This document shows positions 46,779 to 57,317 of a stretch of DNA of 64,000 bases, in pieces. Positions within the stretch are counted from its first letter, which is position 1; every line of letters starts with the position of its first letter. The translations under genes and the position numbers were made by a program. Under the pieces are notes generated by a model, which saw nothing but the letters and a program-made list of their open reading frames with translations, was not told the origin of the DNA and made no database searches. Source of the DNA: Bacteroidetes bacterium CG12_big_fil_rev_8_21_14_0_65_60_17. GTDB taxonomy: Bacteria; Bacteroidota; Rhodothermia; Rhodothermales; UBA10348. The stretch covers positions 7,323 through 71,322 of the forward strand of contig PCUY01000062.1 of the NCBI GenBank assembly GCA_002787815.1, written 5' to 3'.

Positions 46779-46925
46779 ATGGGCGTGGCTGAATGGTTCG
46801 GTAGGAAGGCGAGACAGGCGGAAAGTACGAAGCGTGCTCCCGGAGTAAAACGAATAGTCCTTGGAAACGACACACATATGTTAAATTCACACTATCTTCA
46901 CATAATCACTTGGTTATTCCAGTGT

Positions 46926-48425
46926 TTACAGTTCGTTTTCGTCTTTAAGCGCTGCATGTTCAACCGGAACGGGATAATTCCGGGAGAAACAGGCATTGCA
47001 GTAGCCCAAGTCTGACGTATTGGCTGCACGAACCGCCCGCATCATACCGTCAATGGACAGGTATGCCAACGAGTCCACCTCCAGCCATGCTGCCATGGCA
47101 TCAATGTCACCTTCGAAACGGTTGGCCAGAAGTTCGTTGTGCGTCGGAAAGTCCATTCCGTAAAAACAGGGAGATACAACCGGGGGAGACGAGACGCGGA
47201 AGTGGATCTCCCGTGCTCCCGCTGCTCGAACCATGCGGACAAGCTGACGGGCAGTGGTACCACGAACAATGGAGTCATCGACCATTACGACGATCCGATC
47301 CTTGAGAACGCCTTCAACCGTGTTGAATTTGGTCCGGACCCTCTGTTCACGGGCTGCCTGCCCCGGGGCTATGAAGGTGCGTCCAACATAGTGGTTTCGA
47401 ATAAGCCCGATTTCGTACCTGCACCGGTTCCCCAGTTTCTCGCACTCACTGACGTACCCGAGTGTGGCCGTATTGGAAGAGTCCGGAACGCTGATCACAA
47501 TCGGGCGCTGATCCTCGGGACCAACACGGGGAACGGGAGCATCATGGGCCAATTCCTTGCCCAACTTGCGTCGCACCTTGTCTACCATTTCGCCGAAAAT
47601 CTTGGAGTCGGGCCTGGAAAAATAAACGTATTCAAACACACACTGACTTACGCCGTTATTACAAGCAAGGTGGATGGAGTGGAAATCCTCCGAAGCACAG
47701 CCATGGTCGTCAATTACGAGCACCTCGCCCGGCTCGATATCCCGCATGTACGACGCGCCGATCAGATCAAATGCACATGTTTCCGATGCGACGCAATAGC
47801 CGGAATCCTGGGCAGACGTCCCTTTCAGTCGGCCGAGAGCGAGGGGCCTGAATCCATTGGGGTCTCGCACGGCAATGAGCTCGTTATCTGTCAGGATGAC
47901 CAGCGAAAAAGCACCTTCGAGCTGCGATACCGCATCGACGATCTTGTCGATCTGTTTTCGGCGCGTACTCTGTGCAATGAGGTGCAGGATGAGTTCAGAA
48001 TCGGATGTGCTCGAAAAAAGTGTGCCCCGCTCAATGAATGAGTTTCGGATTTCACGGGCGTTCGAAATGTTGCCGTTGTGGGCGAGAGCCAGGTTTCCGT
48101 CCCGATAATGGACGCGAAACGGTTGGATGTTCGTCGCGTTGTTTGAAGCACCTGACGTGGAGTAGCGGTTGTGACCAATGCCACTGCGGCCCAGGAGGGT
48201 TGTCTCGAATATGGTCGCATCTTCGAATACATCGAGGACAAGTCCTGCCCCCTTGTGTGAAGGCATTACTTTGCGCCCTCGAGCCTCATCGAACACACTC
48301 GTCACAATTCCTGCCGATTCCTGCCCGCGGTGTTGAAGAGCGTGGAGCGAGAGGTAGATCTTGTGTGCGGCATCGGCGACGTTGTACATGCCGGCGATGC
48401 CGCAGGAATCTTTGTGTTGGCGCAT
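46926..48425 (-). CDS. purF: Amidophosphoribosyltransferase
   Basis: Short propeptide then CGIAG, LQHRGQESAG, GHNRYST, AHNGN, CVFEYVYFSRPDS, VDDSIVRGTT, PCFYG, YCNACF. Confidence 0.97.
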   Translation of the reverse strand: MRQHKDSCGIAGMYNVADAAHKIYLSLHALQHRGQESAGIVTSVFDEARGRKVMPSHKGAGLVLDVFEDATIFETTLLGRSGIGHNRYSTSGASNNATNIQPFRVHYRDGNLALAHNGNISNAREIRNSFIERGTLFSSTSDSELILHLIAQSTRRKQIDKIVDAVSQLEGAFSLVILTDNELIAVRDPNGFRPLALGRLKGTSAQDSGYCVASETCAFDLIGASYMRDIEPGEVLVIDDHGCASEDFHSIHLACNNGVSQCVFEYVYFSRPDSKIFGEMVDKVRRKLGKELAHDAPVPRVGPEDQRPIVISVPDSSNTATLGYVSECEKLGNRCRYEIGLIRNHYVGRTFIAPGQAAREQRVRTKFNTVEGVLKDRIVVMVDDSIVRGTTARQLVRMVRAAGAREIHFRVSSPPVVSPCFYGMDFPTHNELLANRFEGDIDAMAAWLEVDSLAYLSIDGMMRAVRAANTSDLGYCNACFSRNYPVPVEHAALKDENEL

Positions 48426-48484
48426 GTGGCAGGATGGAGATGGAGCGGAACGGCCCGGAGCCTTGCGGGCTGCGTAGATGAGGT

Positions 48485-49876
48485 CTACTGCGGAGCGCCC
48501 GCGTCGGTTTCTGCACATTTCATGCGAACGCGGACGACACGATTGTTTTCGACCTCCTCTACCGTGAATTCCAACTGATCGTGTTGGAATGTATCGCCGG
48601 GGTTGGGAATTTCGCCAGCCAGATGAAACATGAGACCGCCGAGTGTCTCGAAGTCAAATTGCTCCGTATCCATTCTGACATTGGCAATATCATTGATTTC
48701 GTCCAGGTCAATGCGGGCGTCGAACATGTACTCCGTGTCGGAGAGTCGCTCATACTGGTCGAATTCGGTCTCATCCTGTTCGTCGCGGATATCCCCGACA
48801 ATTTCTTCCAAGACGTCTTCCAGGGTAACCAGACCGGCTGTCCCTCCATATTCGTCAACGACCATGGCGATGTGGGTTTTTCTGGTCTGAAAATCGGCAA
48901 GCAGGTCATCCAGCTTCTTGAACAGCGGGACGAAAACGGCTGGTCTTGCTATTCGTGTCCAATCCACTTTTTCCTGATCTGGATGCTCGGTCACGAAACG
49001 CAGAATGTCCTTGGCGTAGATGATGCCCAGGATATTGTCAAGGTGTCCTACGTACAGCGGTATGCGCGAGCGGCCACTTTGCCGGATGAGCATGATGGCG
49101 TCCATGATACTCGCATCGGCCGGGAGCGCGACCACGTCCAGGCGGCTTACCATGATTTCGCGTACACTTGTCTCCCCGAATTCCACGATGGAGTGGATGA
49201 GCTCACGTTCCGTTTCCTCGAGGTGGCCATGGGCTTCGCCGATTTCAGCCATGGTTTTCAGGTCATCGGCAGACAGGCGGCCAGCCGTATCGTGAAAACG
49301 GGCATTGAAAGACTTCATGGTTCGAGCCAGGAGAAACGAAAGCGGGTACAGCACGCGATGCAACGCAAGCAGTATGCCACTTATGCGCTTGGCAAATGTT
49401 GCAGGACTTCGATTGGCGAGCAACTTCGGCGTGATTTCCGATACCACGAGAAGCACGAACGCGAGAACGACGACCTCCGTCAAAACTGTCACCCACGGAT
49501 TCCACCCATTCGTCTGGGCGATACTGTGTGTCAGCAGGGCGGCCAGGATAGCGGCTGCCACATTGACCAACGTATTCAGTATCAGGATGCTGACCAGTAC
49601 CGAGCGTGGCGTTTCCAGGAGGTGCAGTACGCGGGTAGCCCCCGGTGATGGGTCGTTCGCCAATCGTTCCCTCGATCCACTGTCCAGTGAAAAGAGGGCA
49701 ACCTCTGAACCGGAGAAAAGTGCAGACAGGAGGAGTAGGCAGACGATCCCCATCAACCCTGCCAGCATGGCGGCATCTGACAGGATTACGGCGTCGGGAA
49801 AATCCTGTGCAATGTTCCCGGCGTAATCCAGCGATCGGATCAGAAGGAACAAAGACGGAGGCTCATCGGGGTCCAC
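48485..49876 (-). CDS. gldE: CNNM/HlyC-CorC family membrane protein with CBS pair (GldE-like)
   Basis: [60 protein letters not shown]; near ssb as in Bacteroidota. Confidence 0.8.
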   Translation of the reverse strand: MDPDEPPSLFLLIRSLDYAGNIAQDFPDAVILSDAAMLAGLMGIVCLLLLSALFSGSEVALFSLDSGSRERLANDPSPGATRVLHLLETPRSVLVSILILNTLVNVAAAILAALLTHSIAQTNGWNPWVTVLTEVVVLAFVLLVVSEITPKLLANRSPATFAKRISGILLALHRVLYPLSFLLARTMKSFNARFHDTAGRLSADDLKTMAEIGEAHGHLEETERELIHSIVEFGETSVREIMVSRLDVVALPADASIMDAIMLIRQSGRSRIPLYVGHLDNILGIIYAKDILRFVTEHPDQEKVDWTRIARPAVFVPLFKKLDDLLADFQTRKTHIAMVVDEYGGTAGLVTLEDVLEEIVGDIRDEQDETEFDQYERLSDTEYMFDARIDLDEINDIANVRMDTEQFDFETLGGLMFHLAGEIPNPGDTFQHDQLEFTVEEVENNRVVRVRMKCAETDAGAPQ

Positions 49877-49886
49877 GGTCGGATAG

Positions 49887-51254
49887 CTAGAAATATTGTT
49901 GCGTCACGATAACATAGACAAGGATACCGGCGACAGCAACGGGGCACACGAACTTTACGAGAAAGCCGAAGAGCGACGTGGCTGGCATGCGATGTCCACT
50001 TGATTGCAGTGCGGCAAGCGCTGCAGGAATACCCCACTTCCATCCGGCAAAAACGCAGACCATGAGTGCGCCGATGGACAGGGAGTAGTTGCCCCAGATG
50101 ATGTTCTGCAGGCTGAGGAAGTCAATGCCAACGCCCGGAAGGTCGAAAAAGAACGATCCCTCCGCCTGGGATAATGCGCTCGGGATAGCCAGCGCGAAGC
50201 ACGCCGTTCCCAATATGGTTACGGCCTTTGTACGACTCCATCCTTTTTCATCCACAAAATAGGAGACCACAACTTCAAGCAGCGAGATGGTCGAGGTCAG
50301 GGCGGCTATGGCCAGGAGCGCATAGAATGCGATGGCAAAAATCTGCCCGGCGGGAATCTGTGCGAAGACCGTCGGCAGCACGACGAACACCAGCCCCGGG
50401 CCAGCCTCCGGAGCAACGCCAGCCGAGAAAAGCGCCGGAAATATGATCAGACCGGCGAGCAGGGCTATGCTCGTGTCGAAGATGGCCACGATGATACCCG
50501 CCTGATGGATGTTTTCCCGTTCGGGGAAATACGAACCGTAGGTGATCATGGCCCCCATGCCGAGCGACAAGCTGAAGAGCGCCTGCCCAAGTGCCGCGGC
50601 CATGACACCCACTGTGATCTTGCTGAAGTCCGCCGAGAAGATATAGGAAAGTCCCTCGGTTCCACCGGGTAGTGTCATGGCGCGGATGGCCATACCCACC
50701 AGCATGACGAGCAGAATGGGCATAAGGATGGTGGTGGCCTTCTCTATGCCACCTGAAATACCGCCGCGCACGATGACAGCGGTAATGGCAAGGAAAACAC
50801 CCGCCAGGAATACCATGAGGCCGGGGTTGCCGATGAGTGCCCCGAACACCGCACTGCTTTGTTCGGCAGTTGTTACGCCTTCCAGTGCGCCGGAGACAGC
50901 TCCCCAGAGATAGGACAGCGTCCAGCCGGCAATGACTACGTAAAAAGAGAGGATCACGAACCCAGTCAGGATGCCAAGCCCTCCGAGCCAGTGCCAATGC
51001 GTTCCGGGTGCCAGGGCGGCGAACGCGCCCACTGGATTGCGCTCCGTCTTGCGTCCGATGGCCAGTTCCGACAGTACGACGGGCACGCCGATGGCGAAGA
51101 CGAAAAAGAGGTATATAAGCACAAAGGCACCACCGCCATTTTCACCGGCCGTGTACGGGAAACGCCAGATGTTGCCGAGGCCGATTGCTGAGCCGGCAGC
51201 AGCCAGGATAAAACCCATTTTGCCACTCCATTGACCGCGCGCTGCAGATGCCAT
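49887..51254 (-). CDS. Sodium-dependent transporter, NSS/SNF family
   Basis: GFILAAAGSAIGLGNIWRFPY..GENGGGAF, QALFSLSLGMG, GPGLVF. Confidence 0.95.
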   Translation of the reverse strand: MASAARGQWSGKMGFILAAAGSAIGLGNIWRFPYTAGENGGGAFVLIYLFFVFAIGVPVVLSELAIGRKTERNPVGAFAALAPGTHWHWLGGLGILTGFVILSFYVVIAGWTLSYLWGAVSGALEGVTTAEQSSAVFGALIGNPGLMVFLAGVFLAITAVIVRGGISGGIEKATTILMPILLVMLVGMAIRAMTLPGGTEGLSYIFSADFSKITVGVMAAALGQALFSLSLGMGAMITYGSYFPERENIHQAGIIVAIFDTSIALLAGLIIFPALFSAGVAPEAGPGLVFVVLPTVFAQIPAGQIFAIAFYALLAIAALTSTISLLEVVVSYFVDEKGWSRTKAVTILGTACFALAIPSALSQAEGSFFFDLPGVGIDFLSLQNIIWGNYSLSIGALMVCVFAGWKWGIPAALAALQSSGHRMPATSLFGFLVKFVCPVAVAGILVYVIVTQQYF

Positions 51255-51307
51255 GTGTTCTTTACCTAGTGTGGTGATTGGATCGGTCCAATAACCCCCA
51301 CAGACCC

Positions 51308-51351
51308 AAAAAAAGCAAGCGGGGCAACGCGTTTTGACGCTGCCCCGCCTG
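51308..51351 (-). terminator. Intrinsic terminator downstream of ssb
   Basis: Minus strand GCGGGGCAGCG...CGTTGCCCCGC followed by T7. Confidence 0.75.
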
Positions 51352-51388
51352 AAAGTGCCCAACAGAGTGCTCGCCGGGCGGCCTGCTG

Positions 51389-51883
51389 TCAGAACGGCAG
51401 GTCGTCGTCGGGCTCGAACGTGTAGTCGTCTCCGGAATCTGCAGCTGCCGAAGACGTTGCCGCCGAAGGTGCTGCTGCCTTGGTGGCACCCGCTGGCTTG
51501 GCTGACCTGGCAGCTGGAGCGCTGTCCGAGTAACTGGACCCGCTGTCTCCACGGCCGGAGAGCATCATCATCTCTCGTGCCTTGACCTCCGTGACATACT
51601 TCGTATTGCCATCCTTGTCGTCGTAGGAACGGGTCTGAAGCGAGCCCTCGAAATACACCTGACTGCCTTTGGTGAGGTATTCGTTGCAGATTTCCGCGAG
51701 TCGGCCCCACGTGACCACGCTGTGCCACTCGGTCCGCTCGACCCACTCGCCCGATGCGTCCTTGTATGATTCGTTCGTTGCCAGACGCAGATTGCATACG
51801 GCTGTTCCGGATCCTGTATAGCGCAGTTCCGGATCCTGCCCCAGATTACCCACCAGAATAACCTTGTTTACTCCTCTTGCCAT
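51389..51883 (-). CDS. ssb: Single-stranded DNA-binding protein
   Basis: [34 protein letters not shown], acidic tail DDDLPF. Confidence 0.97.
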   Translation of the reverse strand: MARGVNKVILVGNLGQDPELRYTGSGTAVCNLRLATNESYKDASGEWVERTEWHSVVTWGRLAEICNEYLTKGSQVYFEGSLQTRSYDDKDGNTKYVTEVKAREMMMLSGRGDSGSSYSDSAPAARSAKPAGATKAAAPSAATSSAAADSGDDYTFEPDDDLPF

Positions 51884-52008
51884 GATTTTACTTACACCTC
51901 CCGTGTCTCTGAATTTCTTTGATAGCTGTTTTCCCGTAATGACGGTCTATTCATAGAGCCGTAAACTCATCAAACGTAACTTACCGAACGCAACATCCAA
52001 GGTTCGGC

Positions 52009-52818
52009 ATGCAGGAGAAGATCTACGAGAAAAGTTTTCAAGAGTCGGCCGATGCCCTCGAGGCGTGGAACGACTTCGTCGCCATTGTCCGGCAACTACG
52101 CAGGGATTGCCCCTGGGATCGCAAGCAGAACCACGACAGCATAAAACACCTGCTCATAGAGGAAGCCTACGAAACGGTAGAGGCCATAGACGACGAGGAC
52201 TGGCCAAGCCTGCGCAAAGAACTTGGAGATCTGCTCCTGCACGTTGTGTTCCATGCCGTGATCGCTGCAGAAACCGGGTCTTTCACGGTCAAGGATGTGA
52301 TTGAGTCCGAAACGGAAAAACTGGTCCGGCGGCATCCGCATGTATTTGGAGATACGCACGTGGGAGGTGTCGAGGACGTGCTCACCAACTGGGAATCGAT
52401 CAAGATCCGGGAGGGAGAGAAGACATCGGCCATGGAAGGCGTTCCCCGGCATCTGCCGACACTCCTCCGGGCCTACCGGATGCAGGAGAAGGCCGCCGGT
52501 GTCGGTTTTGACTTCCCGACACTGGACGATGCGTGGGACAAGGTGGCGGAGGAACTTGCTGAATTCCGGGATGTGGTGGCGAACAACGAATCCGAGGCGA
52601 GGAAGGAGGAAGAACTCGGGGACCTGCTGTTTTCCATCGTAAACCACGCACGCCGGGCCGGAATCAACCCGGAAAATGCACTTTCACGGACGAACGACAA
52701 ATTCCTGCGTCGCTTCCGCGAGGTGGAGGACCGCCTCCGCGCCGAGGGTCTTTCCATTGTGGATGCGACGCTTGAGCAGATGGATGCGCACTGGGATGCG
52801 ATCAAACGCCGGCCCTGA
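52009..52818 (+). CDS. mazG: Nucleoside triphosphate pyrophosphohydrolase MazG
   Basis: CPWDRKQ, EEAYE, ELGDLLL, KLVRRHPHVFG, second EELGDLLF domain. Confidence 0.95.
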   Translation: MQEKIYEKSFQESADALEAWNDFVAIVRQLRRDCPWDRKQNHDSIKHLLIEEAYETVEAIDDEDWPSLRKELGDLLLHVVFHAVIAAETGSFTVKDVIESETEKLVRRHPHVFGDTHVGGVEDVLTNWESIKIREGEKTSAMEGVPRHLPTLLRAYRMQEKAAGVGFDFPTLDDAWDKVAEELAEFRDVVANNESEARKEEELGDLLFSIVNHARRAGINPENALSRTNDKFLRRFREVEDRLRAEGLSIVDATLEQMDAHWDAIKRRP

Positions 52819-52833
52819 TACGTCCGACACGCA

Positions 52834-54177
52834 TCAGTTATCGGCGGGCAGTACTGGAACGGGCGCACGGCGCCCTTCATCCCTGTCCAGGAACTCCTCA
52901 TAGAGCTCGATCTGGCGGTTCGTAATGGGTAGGTTGAAGCCGTCAATGAAGAGCGCTGTGATCTGTGTTTTCGGTTCAAAGGGGTCGCCCGTTGCTACGA
53001 ACAGATTCGCTTTCTTGCCGACTTCGAGCGAGCCGTAGTCATCTTCAATACCCAGCACTTCGGCAGCCGTCAATGTGACCGCCCGCAGGGCATCTTCACG
53101 CCCCATGCCATAGGCGGCAGCAAAGCCGGCATTGAAAGGCAGGTTGCGTACGTTCTCGGATTCCCCACTTCGCAGGGCAACCGTGACCCCCGCCTGGCTC
53201 ATGAGCCCTGCGTTGGCATACGCTTTGTCGAACCGGTCTGAATTACGCGTGGGCGTGGCCAGGACCGGCCCGGCGAAGACGGGTATGCCGGCGGCGGCAA
53301 GCTTGTCGGCCACGCGCCAGCCCTCACTCACCCCGCTGAAAACGACGTGTTCGAGGCCACGGTCTTTTACCCACTCGATGGCCGCCTCGATGTCCTGGGC
53401 GGCGTTCACTCTGATCATCAATGGCATGTCGCCGCGTATCACATTCCTGAGAGCCGCCATTTCGGGAACGTATTCCGGCTTCTTTTTTCCTGATGGATCT
53501 TCCTCCCAGGAAGATGCTATCCGGTGGTGGAGCTCGGCCCGGTCCCAGACCTCATTCAACTTGTCCATGGCCTCGCGATACCGTTTCTCCGGGTCATCGC
53601 CATCGTCCTGACTTCGAAAGGAAAACCGGGGAGGGGATTTCCTGGGAAACTCCAGTACCATGAGCCGCACGCCGCCGGCAGTCATCTGCTCGGGCGTGTA
53701 TCCATACAGATTGATGGCGGCGGCCATACCAGGAAACAGGCCTCCTGACGGTTCCGATATGACCGTTGTCACGCCACTCACGCGTGTGACCGGGATGGCG
53801 ACCGCATTGGGGTTGACTGCCGTAAGGGCGTCCATCTGGGGCGTCAGATCTCCGATCTCATTGGTGTCATTCGTCTCATTGACCGATCCGATCTCAACGA
53901 GTCCGAGTTGCGTACCGGTATCAATCATTCCCGGATAGACGTGCTGGCCCCCGGCATCGATCACTGTCGCATGGGCAGGAACCGTGACGTCCGCGCCCAA
54001 CGCGGTAATCCGATCTCCTTCAATGATGATGGTGCCCTGTTCGAGGACGCCGTCGGAGACCGTTTCGATACGGGCATTCGTGATGGCGTACGTTCCCTGC
54101 TTGGGTCCGCTGGCGTCCTGGTCGACACGCTGCACGAAGAGGGATGCAGCGAGCAGCAGAAGAGCTGATAAGTTCAT
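52834..54177 (-). CDS. Exported amidohydrolase-fold protein lacking metal ligands
   Basis: Signal peptide; YPGMIDTGTQLG (no HxH), GSLEVGKKANL. Confidence 0.85.
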   Translation of the reverse strand: MNLSALLLLAASLFVQRVDQDASGPKQGTYAITNARIETVSDGVLEQGTIIIEGDRITALGADVTVPAHATVIDAGGQHVYPGMIDTGTQLGLVEIGSVNETNDTNEIGDLTPQMDALTAVNPNAVAIPVTRVSGVTTVISEPSGGLFPGMAAAINLYGYTPEQMTAGGVRLMVLEFPRKSPPRFSFRSQDDGDDPEKRYREAMDKLNEVWDRAELHHRIASSWEEDPSGKKKPEYVPEMAALRNVIRGDMPLMIRVNAAQDIEAAIEWVKDRGLEHVVFSGVSEGWRVADKLAAAGIPVFAGPVLATPTRNSDRFDKAYANAGLMSQAGVTVALRSGESENVRNLPFNAGFAAAYGMGREDALRAVTLTAAEVLGIEDDYGSLEVGKKANLFVATGDPFEPKTQITALFIDGFNLPITNRQIELYEEFLDRDEGRRAPVPVLPADN

Positions 54178-55529
54178 GGCGTGATATCGAAAAGGTCAAA
54201 GAAATCAATGACGTCGTGAATGTGATGGCGCCCGGTTTCCTGCTCGATGTACGTATCCAGGTCGGCACTTGGTGATATCTGGAGACGGACATCGTCAGGG
54301 TCGTTCTCGCGGTCGAAATAGCGCACGCCGTCGACGAACGTCAGGTCTGTGACGGCATAGATGCTCAGCGGGTGGTCACTGAAAACGGCCAGATCGGCGT
54401 CTTTTCCCACTTCAATTGAACCGACCCGATCGTCAATGCCCAGCTGTTTCGCCGGGTTGATCGTGATGAGCGCAAGGGCTTCATCATCGGTCAGATCCCC
54501 ATACCGCTGGCTCTTGGCCGCTTCATGGTACAGGTGTCGGTCGAGTTCAGCCGAGTCGGAGTTGATGGAAGTCACCACACCATTGCGCGTGAGAATGGCG
54601 GCGTTATGTGCGGTAGAGTAGTAGACCTCGAATTTGTACGACCACCAGTCAGAAAAAACCGAGGCCGTGGCTCCGTAGGCCGCGAGTTCAGGTGCCACCT
54701 TGAACGCCTCGTTGGCGTGTTGGAATGTGATCTTGTCCACGCCATAATCGGACAGGACCCGTACAAGCATGAGGATTTCGTCGGCCCGGTAACTGTGGCT
54801 GTGCACGAGGATATCCCCCCGCAGGATGTCGGCCATGATCTCCAGGCGTTCGTTGTAGGCGGGGGGTATGGCACGCGTGTCCGTGATGGCATGGTAGGCA
54901 TCCCATGCCTCCATGTACCGCTGCCCTCTTTCGAATGCGTTGCGAAGTACCTGCTCGACACCCATCCTTGTCGCCGGCACGATGGCACCCGTTCCCCCGC
55001 TGCCCCGCCGACCATGAACACGCGTTGGGTTCTCGCCAAGGGCAAATTTTATCGTACGGGGGGCACCCTCGAACCGAATGGCGTCCGGGTTGGTCGCTCC
55101 CCAGCGATGCTTGATGGTTTCATTCTGCCCCCCGATCACGTTCGCCGAGCCGTGCATGATATGCGATGTGGTTACACCACCGGCCAGTGCGCGATAGATA
55201 CCGATATGATACGGATTGGTCACGTCCTCCATGGTTACTTCGGCGGTGACCGGTGACGACGCCTCGTTCACACTTGACAGTGCGATATGGGCATGGGTGT
55301 CGATGATTCCCGGCATGACATATTTACCGCTCACATCAACGGTTTCCACGCCGCGCGGGGCACGTAGATTTCGGCCAACTCCCGTGATGATGCCATTTTC
55401 AACGAGCACATCTGCATTCTGCAGCGTGCCCTGCGTTACCGTCAAGACGGTTCCTCCGCGCAGCAATACGTTCTGGGCTGACACTGGTAATGCCGTGAGC
55501 ACGGCCAGGAGTAGAAGGGATGTTCTCAT
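54174..55529 (-). CDS. Exported metal-dependent amidohydrolase (catalytic residues intact)
   Basis: Signal peptide; PGIIDTHAH, KFALGENP, HSHSYRADE, FQHANE, INSDS, GSIEVGKDAD. Confidence 0.9.
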   Translation of the reverse strand: MRTSLLLLAVLTALPVSAQNVLLRGGTVLTVTQGTLQNADVLVENGIITGVGRNLRAPRGVETVDVSGKYVMPGIIDTHAHIALSSVNEASSPVTAEVTMEDVTNPYHIGIYRALAGGVTTSHIMHGSANVIGGQNETIKHRWGATNPDAIRFEGAPRTIKFALGENPTRVHGRRGSGGTGAIVPATRMGVEQVLRNAFERGQRYMEAWDAYHAITDTRAIPPAYNERLEIMADILRGDILVHSHSYRADEILMLVRVLSDYGVDKITFQHANEAFKVAPELAAYGATASVFSDWWSYKFEVYYSTAHNAAILTRNGVVTSINSDSAELDRHLYHEAAKSQRYGDLTDDEALALITINPAKQLGIDDRVGSIEVGKDADLAVFSDHPLSIYAVTDLTFVDGVRYFDRENDPDDVRLQISPSADLDTYIEQETGRHHIHDVIDFFDLFDITP

Positions 55530-56923
55530 TGGTTTTCGTAGTTCACTGGTGTTCCATCCACGAATACGCGGACTACTTTCATGTCGTCAGAGAATAGGTC
55601 TCCTTTGACAAGGGTCAGATTGGCCATGTATCCTTCGGCAATCCGCCCCTGGGTGGCACTGACGCCTGCAAAGGCGGCCGCATGGGTCGTCAGTGCAGCC
55701 AGTGCTGCGTCGGTTGAAAGTCCGGCATCCACCATGGCTCGCAGATTGGGCATGATGTCTCTCGTCTTCATGCCATAGGTCGTAAAGGCAAATGCCAGTC
55801 CTTCCTGCTCAAAAAGCGCCGGCATTCCCACGTATTGTTGGCGGGAACGGAGTTGTCGTATTTCAAGGTTCCGTCGCTCCGCCTCAATGTCCCTGTAGGT
55901 CGGCGTGCGCAGGTCCGGATCCACCTCGAAGGCCTCCAGCATGGACATCAGGGAATCGTCCTCGATTTCCTTCATCCAGTCGGATTTTTCCGGAAACGCC
56001 AGCGTGACGGCAAGCGGCACGCCTGCATCCCGGAGCACTGGCACCGCATCGAACCCGCCCGACAGGCCGGCCAGTTTCAACCGGAAACCAAGTGCATCCC
56101 GGAGATCCAATGCGCGGTGGATCTCCAGGGCATCGCTCGTGAAGACGAGCAGCGCCTGCTCCTGCCGGGCGACGGGGAAAAATGCCTCGTGAACAGGATC
56201 CTGCGGAGGGCGGGAGAGCCCCGACGGATTGTCAGCATACATGGACTCGATGGCAAGGCGCCGTTCCGATTCCCTGTACAACTGGCGGACCTTGGCCATG
56301 ATGCCCATGGGCGTACCGGGGTACACCCCTCGTGCTCCCTCGAACTGGAGAAAGAGATCGGTCGGTCCGCCATAACGCATTGACGTACTGTGCAGCAGCG
56401 CCACGGCGCCCGACCCCGGCAGCATGCCACCATGCGGGACGACGTGCGCGGCCGTGAATCCGAGCTTGCGGTACGCATCTACCGATTTGTCCGACGGGTC
56501 CATCAGGTCGCGGACGTCCACATGTGGCTGGATGCCGGCACGCTCGGGCGGTGGGTTCGATCGATCCGGGACGGGGGCCGGATTGTCCGGGCGCCCGGGT
56601 TCGGGAATACCGGCATGCGAGAGGGCATCGATGAAGCCGGCCACGACGGTTACGGAGTCGCCGTCGATGGTGGATGCATCCCACGGTATGGTCACATTCC
56701 GTCCGACAGCTTCGATGACGCCGTCGCGCACGATGATTGTACCCCGCTCAATGACCCTCCCGGGCTCCTGCACAATGCGTGCATTCTGGATGGCCCACGC
56801 GCCGGTGACATGGGGAATATCGTCCGTGGACTGCGCCCGGGATTCGATCGCCGTTGCCGCGCCCAGAAGGCTCATCAGGAGGAGCGTGCCACCTGTGCAC
56901 GCCAGAAGGAGTTTTCGCTGCAT
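55526..56923 (-). CDS. Exported amidohydrolase-fold protein with degenerate metal site
   Basis: Signal peptide; AGFIDALSHAG, YPGTPMG, GRIAEGYMANL. Confidence 0.85.
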   Translation of the reverse strand: MQRKLLLACTGGTLLLMSLLGAATAIESRAQSTDDIPHVTGAWAIQNARIVQEPGRVIERGTIIVRDGVIEAVGRNVTIPWDASTIDGDSVTVVAGFIDALSHAGIPEPGRPDNPAPVPDRSNPPPERAGIQPHVDVRDLMDPSDKSVDAYRKLGFTAAHVVPHGGMLPGSGAVALLHSTSMRYGGPTDLFLQFEGARGVYPGTPMGIMAKVRQLYRESERRLAIESMYADNPSGLSRPPQDPVHEAFFPVARQEQALLVFTSDALEIHRALDLRDALGFRLKLAGLSGGFDAVPVLRDAGVPLAVTLAFPEKSDWMKEIEDDSLMSMLEAFEVDPDLRTPTYRDIEAERRNLEIRQLRSRQQYVGMPALFEQEGLAFAFTTYGMKTRDIMPNLRAMVDAGLSTDAALAALTTHAAAFAGVSATQGRIAEGYMANLTLVKGDLFSDDMKVVRVFVDGTPVNYENQ

Positions 56924-56954
56924 GGTGGTGAAAGCTGCTTGGAAAAGATTGCGT

Positions 56955-57233
56955 TCAGGCCTCTGCGGACCATTCGTCGACGACGCCAAGGATGATGACG
57001 TTGGCTGGCACGTCGGATGCCTTCATGAGCTGCTGCACGGCAGCACCCTCACGGGCAACCACGACGATATCATCAACACCGGCGCCATACCCCGGGTCCA
57101 TGGCCAGCATATCGAGTTCACCGTCCAGGTCGCCAAGTGTGTCGACCGGATGCACGATCAGCAGTTTGCCATTCCTGAGGGGTTCTTCTTTCCGGGTCGA
57201 TACGATGGTACCCGTAACGCGGCAGAGTTGCAT
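56955..57233 (-). CDS. Bacterial microcompartment vertex (pentamer) protein, EutN/CcmL family
   Basis: MQLCRVTGTIVSTRK...LRNGKLLIV, AMDPGYGAGVDDIVVVAREG, VPANVIILGVVD; 92 aa. Confidence 0.88.
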   Translation of the reverse strand: MQLCRVTGTIVSTRKEEPLRNGKLLIVHPVDTLGDLDGELDMLAMDPGYGAGVDDIVVVAREGAAVQQLMKASDVPANVIILGVVDEWSAEA

Positions 57234-57317
57234 GTGGGTGGGATCACATTGAACAAATTCGTCCCACAATGTACACAGTTCGACCGGATTGTTCCGGCAA
57301 AAATCCATACCCAGACC

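Noticed and set aside
51255-51797. N-terminal extension of the SNF transporter ORF (636 aa in the track)
   Set aside because: Overlaps ssb in another frame and crosses a terminator; real start is at 51254.
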